Assembly (NCBI RefSeq): GCF_006345805.1
Contig: NC_043001.1
Coordinates: 83,204,001 to 83,268,000 of the forward strand
Reading direction: 5' to 3'
From: Octopus sinensis
Lineage: Eukaryota
Length of the DNA: 64,000 nucleotides
Positions 38,086 through 51,576 of this stretch are shown piece after piece. The notes under the pieces were generated by a model. That model was not told the origin of the DNA. It saw only the letters and a program-made list of their open reading frames with translations, and searched no databases. The position numbers and the translations under genes were made by a program. Numbering within the stretch: position 1 is the stretch's first letter; the number at the start of each line of letters is the position of its first letter.

Positions 38086-38725
38086 GTTAGGATAATAATA
38101 ATAATAATGATAATAATAATAATAATTATTATTATTATTATTACTTAAAATCATTTAGCTCTTTTTCTCAACGCCACGGTTTCAAATCACACCATGGAAG
38201 AAGCAGAACATAATACTACATGAGTACCGTTAATCTATGCCATTTCAAAGCAAAGACTATAATGGTCAGTTGTCAGTTGGAGGGGTATACGGATCTAGAA
38301 TCCCAGTATTACTTTATGTTAAATAGTGGTTTGTTAGCCATAAACAAATCTGTAAGCTTCAATCCATTGCTTTGTCCGGGATATATTATACTGATCTAGG
38401 GCCTGGTTGTAAATCTGTGTAAATTGTAAATTATGGTTCACCCGATTGTAAATTGTGGTTCACTACCCCTAAATATTACACCATAGTCTCCAGTGTAATT
38501 GCTTCGTTCCCCCAGAGAGTGGGGTACTGTGATCTAGAAGTCCTCAGCTGATCAGTATATAGCGTGGCTTGTTGTCCACGAAAATTATAGGTTTTTTTTA
38601 CTGCATTGCTTTGTCCCGGTGGGGGTCACATCGCTTTGCCCCCCCCCCTACTTTCCCCAGGGAAGGGGGTATTTCTAATCTTACGTGTACTGTGTTTTGC
38701 TGTCTATAAATAAATAAATACTGTA

Positions 38726-39052
38726 GGTCCCGCTATGGCTCAGTGGTTACAGCGTCGTGCTCACAGTCATGAGTTAGCGAGTTCGATTCCAGGGCCGGGC
38801 TGTGTTGTGTTCTTGAGCAAGACTCTTTATTTCGCGTTGCTCCAGTTCAGTCAGCTGTAGAAATGAGTTGCGACGTCACTGGTGCCAAACTGTATTGACC
38901 CCTTTGCCTTTCCCTTGGATAACATCGATGGCGTGGAGGGGGAGGCTGGTATGCACGGGCGACTGCTGGTCTTTCATAAACAACCTTGCCGACTTGTGCC
39001 TCGGAGGGGAACTTTCTAGATGCAATCCCATGGTCATTCATGACCGAAGGGA
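38726..39052 (+). mobile_element. SINE family C, full length
   Basis: TGGCTCAGTGGTT A box, GAGTTCGATTCC B box, same body and tail as 951-1281. Confidence 0.85.
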
Positions 39053-39119
39053 ATAGGGATCACGGGGATCGAAGGACCTCATCGTCGATCTATGTATATT
39101 AAAACTAAAGGTCCCGGAG

Positions 39120-39524
39120 CAGTGATTCTTAACCATTTTTTGTATATGAACCTCTTGGATTCCTACTTTACTCTACTGGACTCTCATAGCCATTTGACGT
39201 TTAAAAACTATTATATTTTTATAATTATATATTGGAAATTACACATATGTAAAAAAAAAAGGTACTCCTTAAATACAGAGGTCCCAACGCATGTACGTAA
39301 ACGTAACCGTAACCAACCCTAAAGCTAACCCTAGCCCTAAAACTAACCCTGTAAAAACATATTGCACTGTAAAAACATATTGTTAGGTTGATGCATCGGG
39401 ACCTCTGCATTTAAGTAGTCTCAAAAAATATGTTGTATTGTAGAAGTATAACTTATAGCACATAAATTTTAGCATTTTATATGGACCATCAAGGACCTTA
39501 TGGACCCAGGTTGATAGAGCATTG
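39120..39524. mobile_element. hAT-type MITE with a nested telomere-like MITE (39267-39418)
   Basis: Ends CAGTGATTCTTAACC / GGTTGATAGAGCATTG. The inner element has TIRs CTTAAATACAGAGGTCCC / GGGACCTCTGCATTTAAG and (CTAACC)-like repeats. Confidence 0.6.
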
Positions 39525-40623
39525 CTTTCCGCGGAGGTGGAGGCTATAATGCTGTTGCAAAGATTCCCTATCAGTAGAAATACACTACCCGGCCATTGAT
39601 GAAAAAACAAACGATCTAGTTATGAAATTTAGCTTTGGCGTGACTGTGTGATTTGGAAGCTTGCTTTGCCGTCTGGTGGTTTGGGTTTCGGTCCCATTGC
39701 AAGGCACCTTGGGCAAGGGTCATCTGCTATAGCCTCGGACCGACCAAAGTCTTATGAGTGGATTCTACAGATAGAAACTGTGTGGAAGCCCGTCATGGGT
39801 GCATGTGTGTCCCCATCGCTCGATAATCGTTGTTGGTATCTTTATGTACCTGTAACTTAGCAGTTCTGCATAACAAGCATAACAAAAATAAAGAGCAGAA
39901 TTTTAGAAAAAAATAAGTGCGGGGGTTAAAGAATACGTACACCACCCTTTTTCGGCGTAAAAAAAAAACCCTAACCCTAAATCCCTAAACACTAGGTGTA
40001 CGTATTCTTCACTTTCGCCAAAATAAGTATTATGGTTGATTTTTTTTTTTTTTTTTGTGGAATAAAATCTTTCATGGCGGTGCTCCAGTATGGCTGCAGT
40101 TCAATTACTGAAACAAGTAAAAGTTAGAAAGATAGTGTAATTAAACGTTCGTCGGATAAAATGCCTCCAGGTACATTTTCCAGTTCTTTAGGTTCTGAGT
40201 TCAAATTCTGACTGTCAATTTTGCTTTTTACTCCTCTTGTGATCGGTAAATGAGATGCCAGTTTTTGCCTGTGGGATCGATATAATGAACTAAGCCTTCT
40301 CAACGAAATTGAAGGCATTGTCTTTGCCTTGTGATACAAACGATTATTGTAGTCAGGACCCCCTTTGATTGCTATTTTATACTGGTGGATCCCCATAGCT
40401 GTTCGATGATTAAAAAAAAAACTGTTTTTTTATTGATAGTTCTTTTAAAATTCCTATTTAAGTTTTCACACGTTTCCTTGTCAACGTTAATAAGAAAATA
40501 TTGAACTGTGTTAAGCGTTAGAGAAAGAAACCTAGCTGTTTCTTGCAGTTAATGCATCTGAAGCAACATTTTTTCATGGACCCTTAAGATAATAATACCG
40601 ATCCCCAAATTACTATATTGGAT

Positions 40624-41012
40624 AGTGGCTGTGTGGTAAGTAGCTTGCTTACCAACCACATGGTTCCGGGTTCGGTTCCACTGCGTGGCACTTTGGGAAA
40701 GTGTCTTCTACTATAGCCTCGGGCCGACCAAAGCCTTGTGAGTAGATTTAGTCGACGGAAACTGAAAGAAGCCCATCGTATATGTATATATATGTGTGTA
40801 TGTATATGTTTGTGTGTCTGTGTTTGGCCCCACAACATCGCTTGACAACGAATGCTGGTGTGTTTACGTCCCCGTAATTAGCGGTTCGGCAATTAAGAGA
40901 CCGATAGAATAAGTACTAGGCTTACAAAAGAATAAGTCCTGGGTCGATTTGCTCGACTAAAGGCGGTGCTCCAGCATGGCCGCAGTCAAATGACTGAAGC
41001 AAGTAAAAGAGT
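40624..41012 (+). mobile_element. SINE family B, full length
   Basis: Complete head, microsatellite and tail. Confidence 0.9.
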
Positions 41013-41830
41013 ATATGAATATATGCATTCATATAATAAAAATGTCCAATACAGATGTTTTTGATTGGTGTCAACTGAAAGTTTCAGACTTGACGAAATT
41101 TGGAATATTGCTTTGATCTTTTCAGGTGGGGTTATGAGATATAATAACTGCCAGGTATTCAGATACCCTTTATTGTTGATTATAAATCACATAATCATTT
41201 GCAGACCTGTATTTGTATTAGAAAGCGTTTTTATTGTTATTTGATAGAATGCTTAGTAGCGGGACCTACGAGAACGCTAACGTGTTGATACATCGTTCTC
41301 GGACGCGGGACGTATCTGGGATCTCAGAAAGCGTTTACATGTACTTCGAGAGACTAGCAGTAGCACATTTTAGGGGGTAGGAGAGGGGCAACATTGTGTC
41401 CCCTAATAAAAATCTGCTTTTTAGCTACGTGGTTCTGGGTTCAGTCCCACTACGTGACACCGTGGGCAAATTTCCTTCTATAGCCTCGGACCGACCAAAA
41501 CCCTGCGAATGGATTTGGCAGACGGAAAATGAAAGAAGCTCGTCGTGTAATATATATATATAATGTTTGTGTTCGTTTGTCGTCCTCCCCCACAGCTTGA
41601 CAGCCGGTGTTGGTTTGTTTCCGTCGCTGTAACTTAGCGGTTCGGCAGAAAGAGACCGAGCGAAGTTACAAGACTTTAAAAAAAAAAAGGTCCGGGTGTT
41701 GATTCATTCGATTCTTCAAGGCGATGTTCCAGCATGGCCGCAGTCTAATGAGTAAAACAGATAAGAGTTTATACATATATATATATATCGAGAGAGAGAG
41801 AGAGAGAGAGGAAGTTAAGGAATGGAGTAG

Positions 41831-41934
41831 TAAGATCCGGGTTACATATGTTTCATAGCGAACGGAACTTCGGAAGTGGTAAATATCTAAGCGAAGTGTA
41901 TACAGCAGGCTATTCGTCAGGCCAAGGGTATCTC
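41831..41934 (-). ncRNA. Type I hammerhead with long stem II loop
   Basis: Minus strand: TTGGC-CTGACGA-ATAGC...GCTAT-GAAA-CATATG-TA-ACCCGG. Perfect stem II closing, palindromic stem III, imperfect stem I. Confidence 0.7.
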
Positions 41935-42004
41935 ATTACGTTTTATGACGTCCTGTACCCATATATGCGTACCTATATACATATATGTATGTATATTTGT
42001 GTAG

Positions 42005-42059
<55 letters not shown>

Positions 42060-42180
42060 TAAGGATAACTTCTTAATAAGGAATCTTAACAAGAAATTAT
42101 CAGGTAGATAGCGTGAAAAACCTCATAAGAGAAAAATTTCGAAAATAATTCTTTCTTATTGAACATATTAATTTATATAT

Positions 42181-42322
42181 AGAGGGCATTATTACACATA
42201 CATGCCACACGCTAAGAGGGACATTAGTCATTTCTACCAAAAAATATGATTAGTAAAATTTTTTGGTAGAAATGACTAATGTCCCTCTTAGCGTGTGGCA
42301 TGTATGTGTAATAATGCCCTCT
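42181..42322. repeat. Near-perfect palindrome (~64-bp arms)
   Basis: AGAGGGCATTATTACACATACATGCCACACGC... pairs with ...GCGTGTGGCATGTATGTGTAATAATGCCCTCT. Confidence 0.9.
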
Positions 42323-42386
42323 CTCTCTCTCTATATATATATATATACATATATATATATGATATACGTGTGTGTGTGTGTGTGTG

Positions 42387-42535
42387 GAGGCGCGTGGCTT
42401 AATGGTTAGGGTGTCAGCATCAAGATCGTAAGATTGTGGTTTCGAGTCCTGGACCGGGCGATGCGTTGTATTCTTGAGCAAAACACTTCATTTCACGTTG
42501 CTCCAGTCCACTCAGCTGGCAAAAATGAGTAACAC
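42387..42535 (+). mobile_element. SINE family C, 5' part
   Basis: GGCGCGTGGCTTAATGGTTAGGG, GTTTCGAGTCC, GTATTCTTGAGCAAAACACTT. Confidence 0.8.
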
Positions 42536-43736
42536 ATACGCCATTGAAACCGGCTAGGCTTTAAAAGGGCGCATTTATTATTATATATATATCAAGAATT
42601 ATTACTGATTGTTCGGGTACCTAATATAACACACATACACAAAAAAGTATATGCACACACAACAACACCTTATCTATCTTGTAAGTTTCTGTCACTTGCT
42701 TTGTATTAAATAACAATAACGTTTTCTGTTACAAGCACTGACCCGCATATGATTGTGTGATTTATAATCAGCAATAAAAGGTACCCCAACACCTGGTCAT
42801 TATTTATTATATCTCTTTGCCCCACCTGAAAAGATCAAAGGAAAATTGTAAATTTTGACAAATTATAAACTTAAAATATATAACCATCAATCAAAAATAT
42901 ATTTGTATTTTCTTATACCTTTATTTGTTTTAATCATGTGACTGCGGCTATGCTGGAGCACCACTTTAAGGGATTTTAGTCGAACAAATCGACATTCGGA
43001 CTTATTCTTTGTAAGTCTAGTACTTATTTTATTGGTCCCTTTTGCCGAACGGCTAAGTTACGTGGACGTTAATACACCAACATCGGTTGTCAAGCGATCG
43101 ACAAACATACACAAACACACAGGCTTCATTTCAGTTTCCGTCTACCAAATCCACTCATAATGCTTCGGTCAGTCCGAGGCTAGAGTAGAAGACATTTATC
43201 TAAGGTGCCCTAACCTTAAAACTAACCGTAACCCTAAAACTAACCCTAGACCCTAAACCCTAACCAGTGTGCACTGTAAAAAACATCGTCACACCGATGC
43301 GTTTGTGACCTCTGTATTTAAGTAGAGCCAGTTGATCACATCAACCGATTCTTATATTATTGACCCCGAAAGGATAAATGCTAAAGCCGGCCGGGACTGA
43401 ATTTGAACTCAGAACGTAAAGACGGACGAAATGCCGCCAAGCGTTTTATTTTCCATGTAAAACTTTAATATTCACACCCAAAAGTAACTTTGTTCCGCTT
43501 TACTACAACACATCTCCGATTCTCTGATTGGTTAATATTACTAGTGAAAGCACGGTAGGCACAGTTCCACGCTGTGATTGGTTTTATTTCTCTTATGTTC
43601 TGAGTTCAAATCGCAGCCGTGTCGATGAAGTATATTAAACATGCGCCTAGATATGGTGGAATTCTTTATTAAGGTTGTTCATGAGGCAGAAATGGTAATA
43701 CCGTAATAAGTGTTGCATGACAGGAAAACCATAAAC

Positions 43737-43767
<31 letters not shown>

Positions 43768-45032
43768 CTTTTGTTTGTTGCTGTCATTAGACTATGGCCA
43801 TACTTGGGCACAGCCTTGAAGAATTCTAGTCGAACGAATTGATCCCCGTAATTTTTTTTTTTAACTTTGGTACTTATTTTGTCTTTATTTTGCCGATCCG
43901 CTAAGTTACGGGAAAGTAAACACACCAGCACCGGTTGTCAATTGGTGTTGGGAAACACATACATGCACACACTCATTCACACGCACACATGTACACACAC
44001 ACATACGTGTACACCCATGCACACACACACATACATGTACACCCATGCACACACACATAGTACACGCACATCGAAACACACATGCACACGCACACATACG
44101 CACACGCTCACATACATATACATACACACATACACACACATAGATATATACAAGCATACGATTACATACACGCATATACATACTCATATACATACACGCA
44201 TATACATACACGCATATACATACACGCATACACATACACGCATACACATACACGCATATACATACACACATACACAGATATAGACATACATGTGTGTGTG
44301 TGACTATTACATTGAACAATGCGTTCTTTTCTCTTTTTCTCTCTGAGACGATAGAAGATTTGCTATGATTTAGCGTAACAGGCTCAATTGCGAAGCATTC
44401 TGATGCATTGTGTCTGTGTGTGCGATACAGGTCCCATTTCCGTTCGCTGTATCATTAATTTTTCTATCTCATTTTATTTAAACTCCTAATGTTAAAACCA
44501 CAGAAAAAGCTTTGAGATTCTCAACAAACTTTTCTTTTAAAAGTTCTGCATTTATACTAAATCAAACGCAACCAAATTTTTGTTTCCATTTCTTTGTTTT
44601 TGCTGTTGTGGCCCTCCAGATCAATCCTGATCAAGCAAATCTATGATCCAACCGTGACTGCCCTGTTTTGTTTTCTTCATAGTGTATTAAGAACGACATT
44701 ATCCGGCGTTTCTCTTCAGGTTTTTTTTTTCTTTTTTTTTTTTCATTTCATCTAGTTTCAGCTCACGAGCTGTGGCCATGCTGGGGCACCGCCATATTAT
44801 TATTTTTAGAAAAAGTGTGTCATTTGAGGGACATTTGATTGTTATTTCTAAGAGATCGGTCGTGCGATCATAAAGGAGAAACCTCGTTACAGTGAGAGAG
44901 TTGATCTGAGAGAGCAGTGACAAGGGGCAGCGAGGACGGTTATTGAGATTGTGAGGCGTTCATGCTTTTCTCAATGCCATTAGGACTGCAATGTAACTTA
45001 GAAATAATATTCCTAATATTTCGATATACTAT

Positions 45033-45268
45033 AAGGCGGCGAGCTGGCAAAATCGTTAGCACAACGGGCGAAATGCGTAGCCGTATTTCATCTGCCGTTA
45101 CGTTCTGAGTTCAAATTCCGCCGAGGTCGACTTTGCCTTTCATCCTTTCGGGGTCGATAAATTAAGTACCAGTTACACACTGTGATCGATGTAACCGACT
45201 TAATCCGTTTGTCTGTCCTTGTTTGTCCCCTCTATGTTTAGCCCGTTGTGGGCAATAATGAAATAAGA
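45033..45268 (+). mobile_element. SINE family A, full length
   Basis: Complete head, body and long tail. Confidence 0.9.
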
Positions 45269-46991
45269 AGTACTATTCCGGGTCAGCTGAATATTTTCAT
45301 GCTCATGTCACCCTTGGAAAATGCCGCTGCCCCCCACTTTCCATCCCCTCGTCAACTGCCCCTCTCCTCCCTTCAGTCAATTTCAGATTTCAGTTATGTA
45401 GAAGAAACTTTGTGCAGCGCGGTGGTGAGGGTGAGTCGAACGCAGTCCAATGGATTACATTGTTGTTTGTTGTCGTTTAACCCCCACCAAGTCAACCCTG
45501 AACGAACTGACTTTTGATCGAAGGTATTTCAAATGTGACCTTCTCTATTTCCCTATGTGTAAGGAACCCTAGACCTCTAATTTTTACCATGGTCCCACTG
45601 AGATTTCAAGAAGATTTTACTCGCTATTTATAACATGTGGAAGGGGAAACTAAACAACATTGGAGGGTCCCTCGTTGACTCGTCCAATGGCTGTCTTCTT
45701 ACATGCATAGAGGCATAACAACATTTTGGTACCCAGTGGTTCTGACGTTACTCGCACGATCGCCAGATGGCGGTTTCGATTCCCGGACCGGGTGACACAT
45801 TGTATTCTTGAACACAGCACTTCATTTCATGTTGCCCCGGTCCACTCAGATGTATTTAAATGAGTTACCCTGCGACGGACTTGCGTCCCGTTCAGGCGGA
45901 TTGTGAGGCACTCAGTTACTTGTACGGGGTTGAAACCAGATAACGGGCCCTAAGAGTCCTATGACTCAAGACAGTAATGTCCAGTGTTTCATCCTGATTG
46001 GACCGTGACCCGCTGGAGCACTGCATTGAAGCGTTTTCTCGAACAAATCGATCCCAGTATTTTTTAAAGCTTGGTACTTAGTAGTTCAGTCTCTTTTTAC
46101 CGAGTTACTAAGTTACGGGTTCGTAAAGAAACTAACACTGGATGTCAAGCGGTGGACGGACACACACACGCACACGCGCGCGTAGATGTATACGACGAGC
46201 GTATTTCAGTTTCTGTCTACCAAATCCACTTACAAGACTTTGGTTGGTCCGGCGCTATGGTAAAACACACTTAGCTTAGTTGGGGGCCTAAACCGGGACC
46301 ACGTATTTGAGAAGCAAATTTCTTACCATACAGCCATGAACATTTTCCATGAACTTTCTCTCGCTTTTTCCTCCTGCATTTTGCAGCTCACCTGTGACGG
46401 ACCGGCGTCCCGTCTAGGTGGGGAATCTATACGCCAAGGAAACCGGGAAACCGGCCCTTATGAGCTAGACATGGCTCGATAAGGATCAAGCTTATTCTAT
46501 CGGTGTCTTTTTGCTGATGTGCTACGTTACGGGGACGTAAACACACCATCATTGGTTTGTGAAGCACTAGTGGGGGCAAATATAGGTACACACATACACT
46601 TACATACGTCGGGCTTCTTTCAGTTTCCGTCTTCCAAATCCAATTACAAAGCTTTAGTTGACCCAGATCTATAGTAGAAGATACCTGCCCGAAGTTCTAC
46701 GCAGAGGAACTGAATATGGAACCATGTAGTTGGAAAGCAAACTGCTTACCACACAGCCACAACAGCACATATGCATATTCTTAAATGTTATATTGTGCAG
46801 AGAGGTAGGATTTCAGGAATGTTGATTACGTAATGTTGATGTTTCTGGAATAAAAAACAAAACAAAAGAAAAAGTGGGGATGTTTGACCTAGAGAAATTA
46901 GCCATAACAAAGTCGGGACGGTGAAATGAAGAACGATCCGAAATTGTGCCAAACATTTTTCCTCCAAATTTCATGATCTACGGCTTCTGTT

Positions 46992-47388
46992 TTTTACTCT
47001 TTTACTTGTCTCAGTCATTTGACTGCGGCCATGCTGGACCACCGCCTTTAGTTGAGCAAATCGACCCAGGGCTTATTCTTTGTAAGCCTAGTACTTATTC
47101 TATCGGTCTCTTTTGCCGAACCGCTAAGTTACGGGGACGTAAACACACCAGCATCGGTTGTCAAGCGATGTTGGGGAGACAAACACAGACACAGACACAC
47201 ACACACACACATATAAACATATACATATATACGACGGGCTTCTTTCAGTTTCCGTCTACCAAATCCACTCACAAGGCTTTGGTCGGCCCGAGGCTGTAGT
47301 AGAAGACACTCGTCCAAGGTGCCACGCAGTGGGACTGAACCCGGAACCATGTGGCTGGTAAGCAACCTACTTACCACACGGCCACGCC
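46992..47388 (-). mobile_element. SINE family B, full length
   Basis: Complete head, microsatellite and tail. Confidence 0.9.
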
Positions 47389-47788
47389 AGCGAAATTTCC
47401 TTAAAAAATATATACGTTTCTTTAGAAAATTGCGAGGAAGTAAATTTGGAATGGTAACAAGCTAAAATTAAAAGAAAAAGAAACAGTAAATATATCTATT
47501 TAATTTCGATTAATACCCAGTCCAGGCATCGTGTGATCGAAATAAAAGTGATCTTGTGTTCAATGCCCGATGTTTGTGTTTGTGTATTGATACATATTGC
47601 ATGTGTATGTGTGTAGCTATGTCCATGCGCCTTTGTTTATTGCTTGCGCGTTTAAGTCTGTATTGTGTCTTTATGTTCGTTTTTCTGTGTATTTGCGATG
47701 TACCGGGCGGTTTTATCAGGGGCTTTATGTTGGAGTCGTTCCTGCTGCATCGCTTTGTTGCTGTTGCTGTTGTCATTATTATGGCTGT

Positions 47789-48197
47789 TAAGGTGGCCGG
47801 CTGACAGAATCGTTAGCATGCCGGGCGAAATGCTTAGCGGTATTTCGTCTGCCGCTACGTTCTGAGTTCAAATTCCGTCGAGGTCGACTTTGCCTTTCAT
47901 CCTTTTGGAGTCGATTAAATAAGTACCTGTTACGCACTGGGGTCGATATAATCGACTTAATCCGTTTGTCTGTCCTTGTTTGTCTCCTCTGTGTTTAGCC
48001 CCTTGTGGGTAGTAAAGAAATAGAAATAGGTATTTCGTCTGCCGCTACATTCTGAGTTCAAATTCTGCCGAAGTCGACTTTACCTTCTATTCTCGCGGGG
48101 TCGATTAAATAAGTACCAGTTACGCACAGGGGTCGATATAATCGACTTACCCCCCACCCCCAAATTTCCCCCTTTGTGCCTATAGTAGAAAGGATTA

Positions 48198-48230
<33 letters not shown>

Positions 48231-49245
48231 GCATTATTAAGGCGGCGAGCTGACAGAGACGTTATTTCGCCGAACAAAATGTGTTGCGGTATATCGTCCG
48301 TCTTTACGTTCTAAGTTCAAATTCCGCCGAGGTCAACTTTGCCTTTCATCCTTTCATGGTCGCTAATTTAAGTACCAATAGACTTACCCCTCCCTCAAAA
48401 TTGCTGGCCTTGTACCAAAATGTGAAATCATTATCATAATTGTTGCTAAAGCGGCGAGCTGGCAGAATCGTTAGCATTCTGGGCAAAATGCTTAGCAGCA
48501 TTTCGTCTGTCTCTATGTTCTGAGTTCGATTTCAACAGAGGTCGATTTTCACTTCCATCCTTTCAGGTTCGATAAAATAAGTACTAGGTGAACACAGGGG
48601 TCGATGTAATCGACTTACCCCCGAAATTTGCTGGCCCTGTGTCAAAGCCGACTTTGCCTCTCATCCTTTCGGGGTCGATAAATTAAGTACCAGTAAAACA
48701 CTGGAATCGATGTAATCGCCCAGTCCCTCCGCCCCCGCCCCTCAAAATTTGAGGCCTTTTGCCTCCAGTAGAAAAGATTATTATGATTGCTGTTTAAACG
48801 GCGAGCTGGTAGATTCGTTAGCATGCTGGGCGTAATGCTTAGCGGCATTTCGCTCATTCCTACGTTCTAAGTTCAAATTCTGCCGAGGCTAACATTCCCT
48901 TTCATCTTTTCGGGGTCGATAAATTAAGTACCAGTGAAACTGGAAACAATGCAATCAACTAGTCCCTTCCTTCCAAATTTCAGGCCTTGTGCCTTTAGCA
49001 AAAAGGATTATTATCATTATTATTGCCGTTGCTTTCTTTTTCCCTTTTCTTTTATCTTTTGGTTATTAGAATTATTTTAGCACCGGACAAAATGCTTAGC
49101 GGCATTTCTTCTGACTTTACGTTCTGGGTTAAAATTCTGCCGAGGTCAAATTTATCTTCCATCCTTTCTGGGTCGATACGTTCAGTACCAGTGGAGTACT
49201 GGGGCCAATGTAATCGATTTATTCCTTCCACAAAACTTTCACACC
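47789..49245 (+). mobile_element. Cluster of about seven co-oriented SINE family A units
   Basis: Unit starts near 47789, 48029, 48239, 48448, 48646, 48797 and 49075. Confidence 0.85.
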
Positions 49246-49584
49246 TCTTTATTGTAGAAAGTGTGTGTGTGTGTATTATACACACACGAACACACATTTT
49301 CTACAGGCAGTCTAGAAGTGTATATATATATTTATGGGGGAAAAAAGTCAAGATAGAAAATGCTAAAATAATTTTATAAAAAACATTTCAGTACTGGTTT
49401 CAATCATTGAGACTTTTTCAACTGTATGGAAAACAATTTTTTAAAAGAATGTTTTTAAAAAGAATATTTGTATAGTGTTCAAATACAAGTGGCATTTTCC
49501 TTGTTTCTGCCTGTTTCTCTCTCTCTCTTGTTTACTCTTGTGGGTTCTTGTGTGTGTGTTTGTGTGTGTATATGTATATATATA

Positions 49585-49623
<39 letters not shown>

Positions 49624-50957
49624 CACACACACACACACACATACAAGAGGTGTATGAAAAATTTTGAGCCTTCAAGGCCTTTGAACCTTGAAGTCTTGTA
49701 CCCTCATCAGAATTCTTGTACCATGTTTTTTTTTTTTTTTTGAGGCTCAAGTCTTTTCATAGACAAACACGCGTACACACGTAATACCGATTTTCCGAAT
49801 GCTCCAGAGCATCTCATAGTCCACACTGTTGGCCTAGTTAACTACTATTTCTGATATAAATCATTCTGCCTACTCTGTGTGTGTGTTTGTTTGAGAGAGA
49901 GCGTGTGCATGCGTGCGTGTGCGCAGGGTTGTAAAAGTGTGAATGCTTCGACGGTGTACTATTTGTTACAAACTGATCATCGCCATGAAAATGTTACTAT
50001 GAGCTGTGATTGTTTGCTTCTAAATGGAACGTTTTCACTGGAAGCCAAAGCACTTGCTGGCTCTGATATAGAAACATCAACCTCTGTGTGTGCGTGTGTC
50101 TGAGTAATTTTAAAAGTATAATGGTTTTAGCTGTTTATTAATTCTTATACGCTGGACATGTTATGGAATTGGTATCGAAGCTATGGGGTAGTTGTGATTT
50201 AGCACTTTTGTAATAGAATGGTATTATCCTTTCTAGCATGAGCACAAGGCTTGAAACTTTAGGGGAGGGGTGCAAATTGATTACATCGAACCTAATGCTC
50301 CACTAGTACATATTTTATTGACCCTGAAGGGATGAAAGTCATTATCGACCTCGGCGGAATTTGAACTCATACCGTAAAGTCAGACGAAATGCCGCTAAAC
50401 ATTATGTCGGGCGTGCTAACGATTCTGCCAGCTCGCCACCTTATAGAATGGTATTACAGGTTTTAAACTTCGGCACCCCAGTGTTCAACTGGTTCTTATT
50501 TCATCAACTCCAGAAGGACGAAATTTGAACTCAGACCATAAAAACGGACGAAATTCTGCGAAGCATTTTGTCCGACGCGCTTACCGATTCTGCCAGCTCG
50601 CCGCCTAATACAACGGTAATATCGATATTACATTACACATTTCAAGGGTTTTCGAAGAAGCTCATTTTGCAACTACGTGCTATCAGGTTCGGTCCTACTG
50701 TGCGGCACCGTGGTTAAGTGTCTTCTACCATAACCTAGGGCTAAACTAGACTAATGCTTTGTGAGTGAATTTGGTAGTCAGAAACCGTATGGAAGCCCGT
50801 CCAGTGTGTGTGTTTAAATTTGTGTTGCTCTACCGCTTGACAACCAGTGTTGGTTTGTTTACAACCCTGTGACAAAAGAGGTATCAAACGTAAAAAAAAG
50901 AAGAAAAAGCTTCAAAGCTGTGTCCCGCCCTGGCCGCAGTCCAGTGACTGAAGCTTG

Positions 50958-51262
50958 TAATTTTTTTTATTTATGCGCCCTTTTCAAGCCTAGCCAGGCT
51001 CATGGGCCCGGTTTCCCAGTTTCCATGGCGTATGTATTCCCCACTCCCAGCTGGATGGGACGCCAGTCCATCGCAGCGTTACTCAAGAAACAGGAAGAAA
51101 GTTGGGGCGAAAGAGTACAACAGGGGTCGCCACCACCCCCTGCCGGAGCCTCGTGGAGCTTTAGGTGTTTTCGCTCAATAAACACACACAACGCTCGGTC
51201 TGGGAATCGAAACCGCGATCCTCCGACGGCGAGTCCGCTGCCCTAGCCACTGCGCCTCCGAA
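50958..51262 (-). mobile_element. SINE family C-related subfamily, full length
   Basis: GGTTTCGATTCCCAG B box, GCGATGGACTGGCGTCCCATCCAG central block, GGGCCCATGAGCCTGG tail. Confidence 0.8.
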
Positions 51263-51576
51263 GCTAGTAATAGATATAAAATATTTATCAGTCTTTATTA
51301 TAGATGATATAGATACCTCATCGATTTTCCACCTGTTAGCATCATCTTTTAATCAGCCATAATGTATTTAGAACAACGTTATCTTTTATATTTTTTAAAT
51401 AGCATGTGGTTTGATGGAAATTTGACTGCTATTTCTTGCAGGCTCTGTGACTGACCATGTAGTGATTCTCTTACTTCAGAGGTATTTACTGAAATGATGT
51501 ATGCATAATGGGCACTTTCAAAAATTGTGAAGGACAATGTTCTGTTTGAAGTTGTTGAATAATTTTATTTTTACCT

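Noticed and set aside
49630-49725. Minus-strand CTGATGA with a hairpin
   Set aside because: GAAA and stem I are missing. The left part looks more like a mariner TIR fragment.
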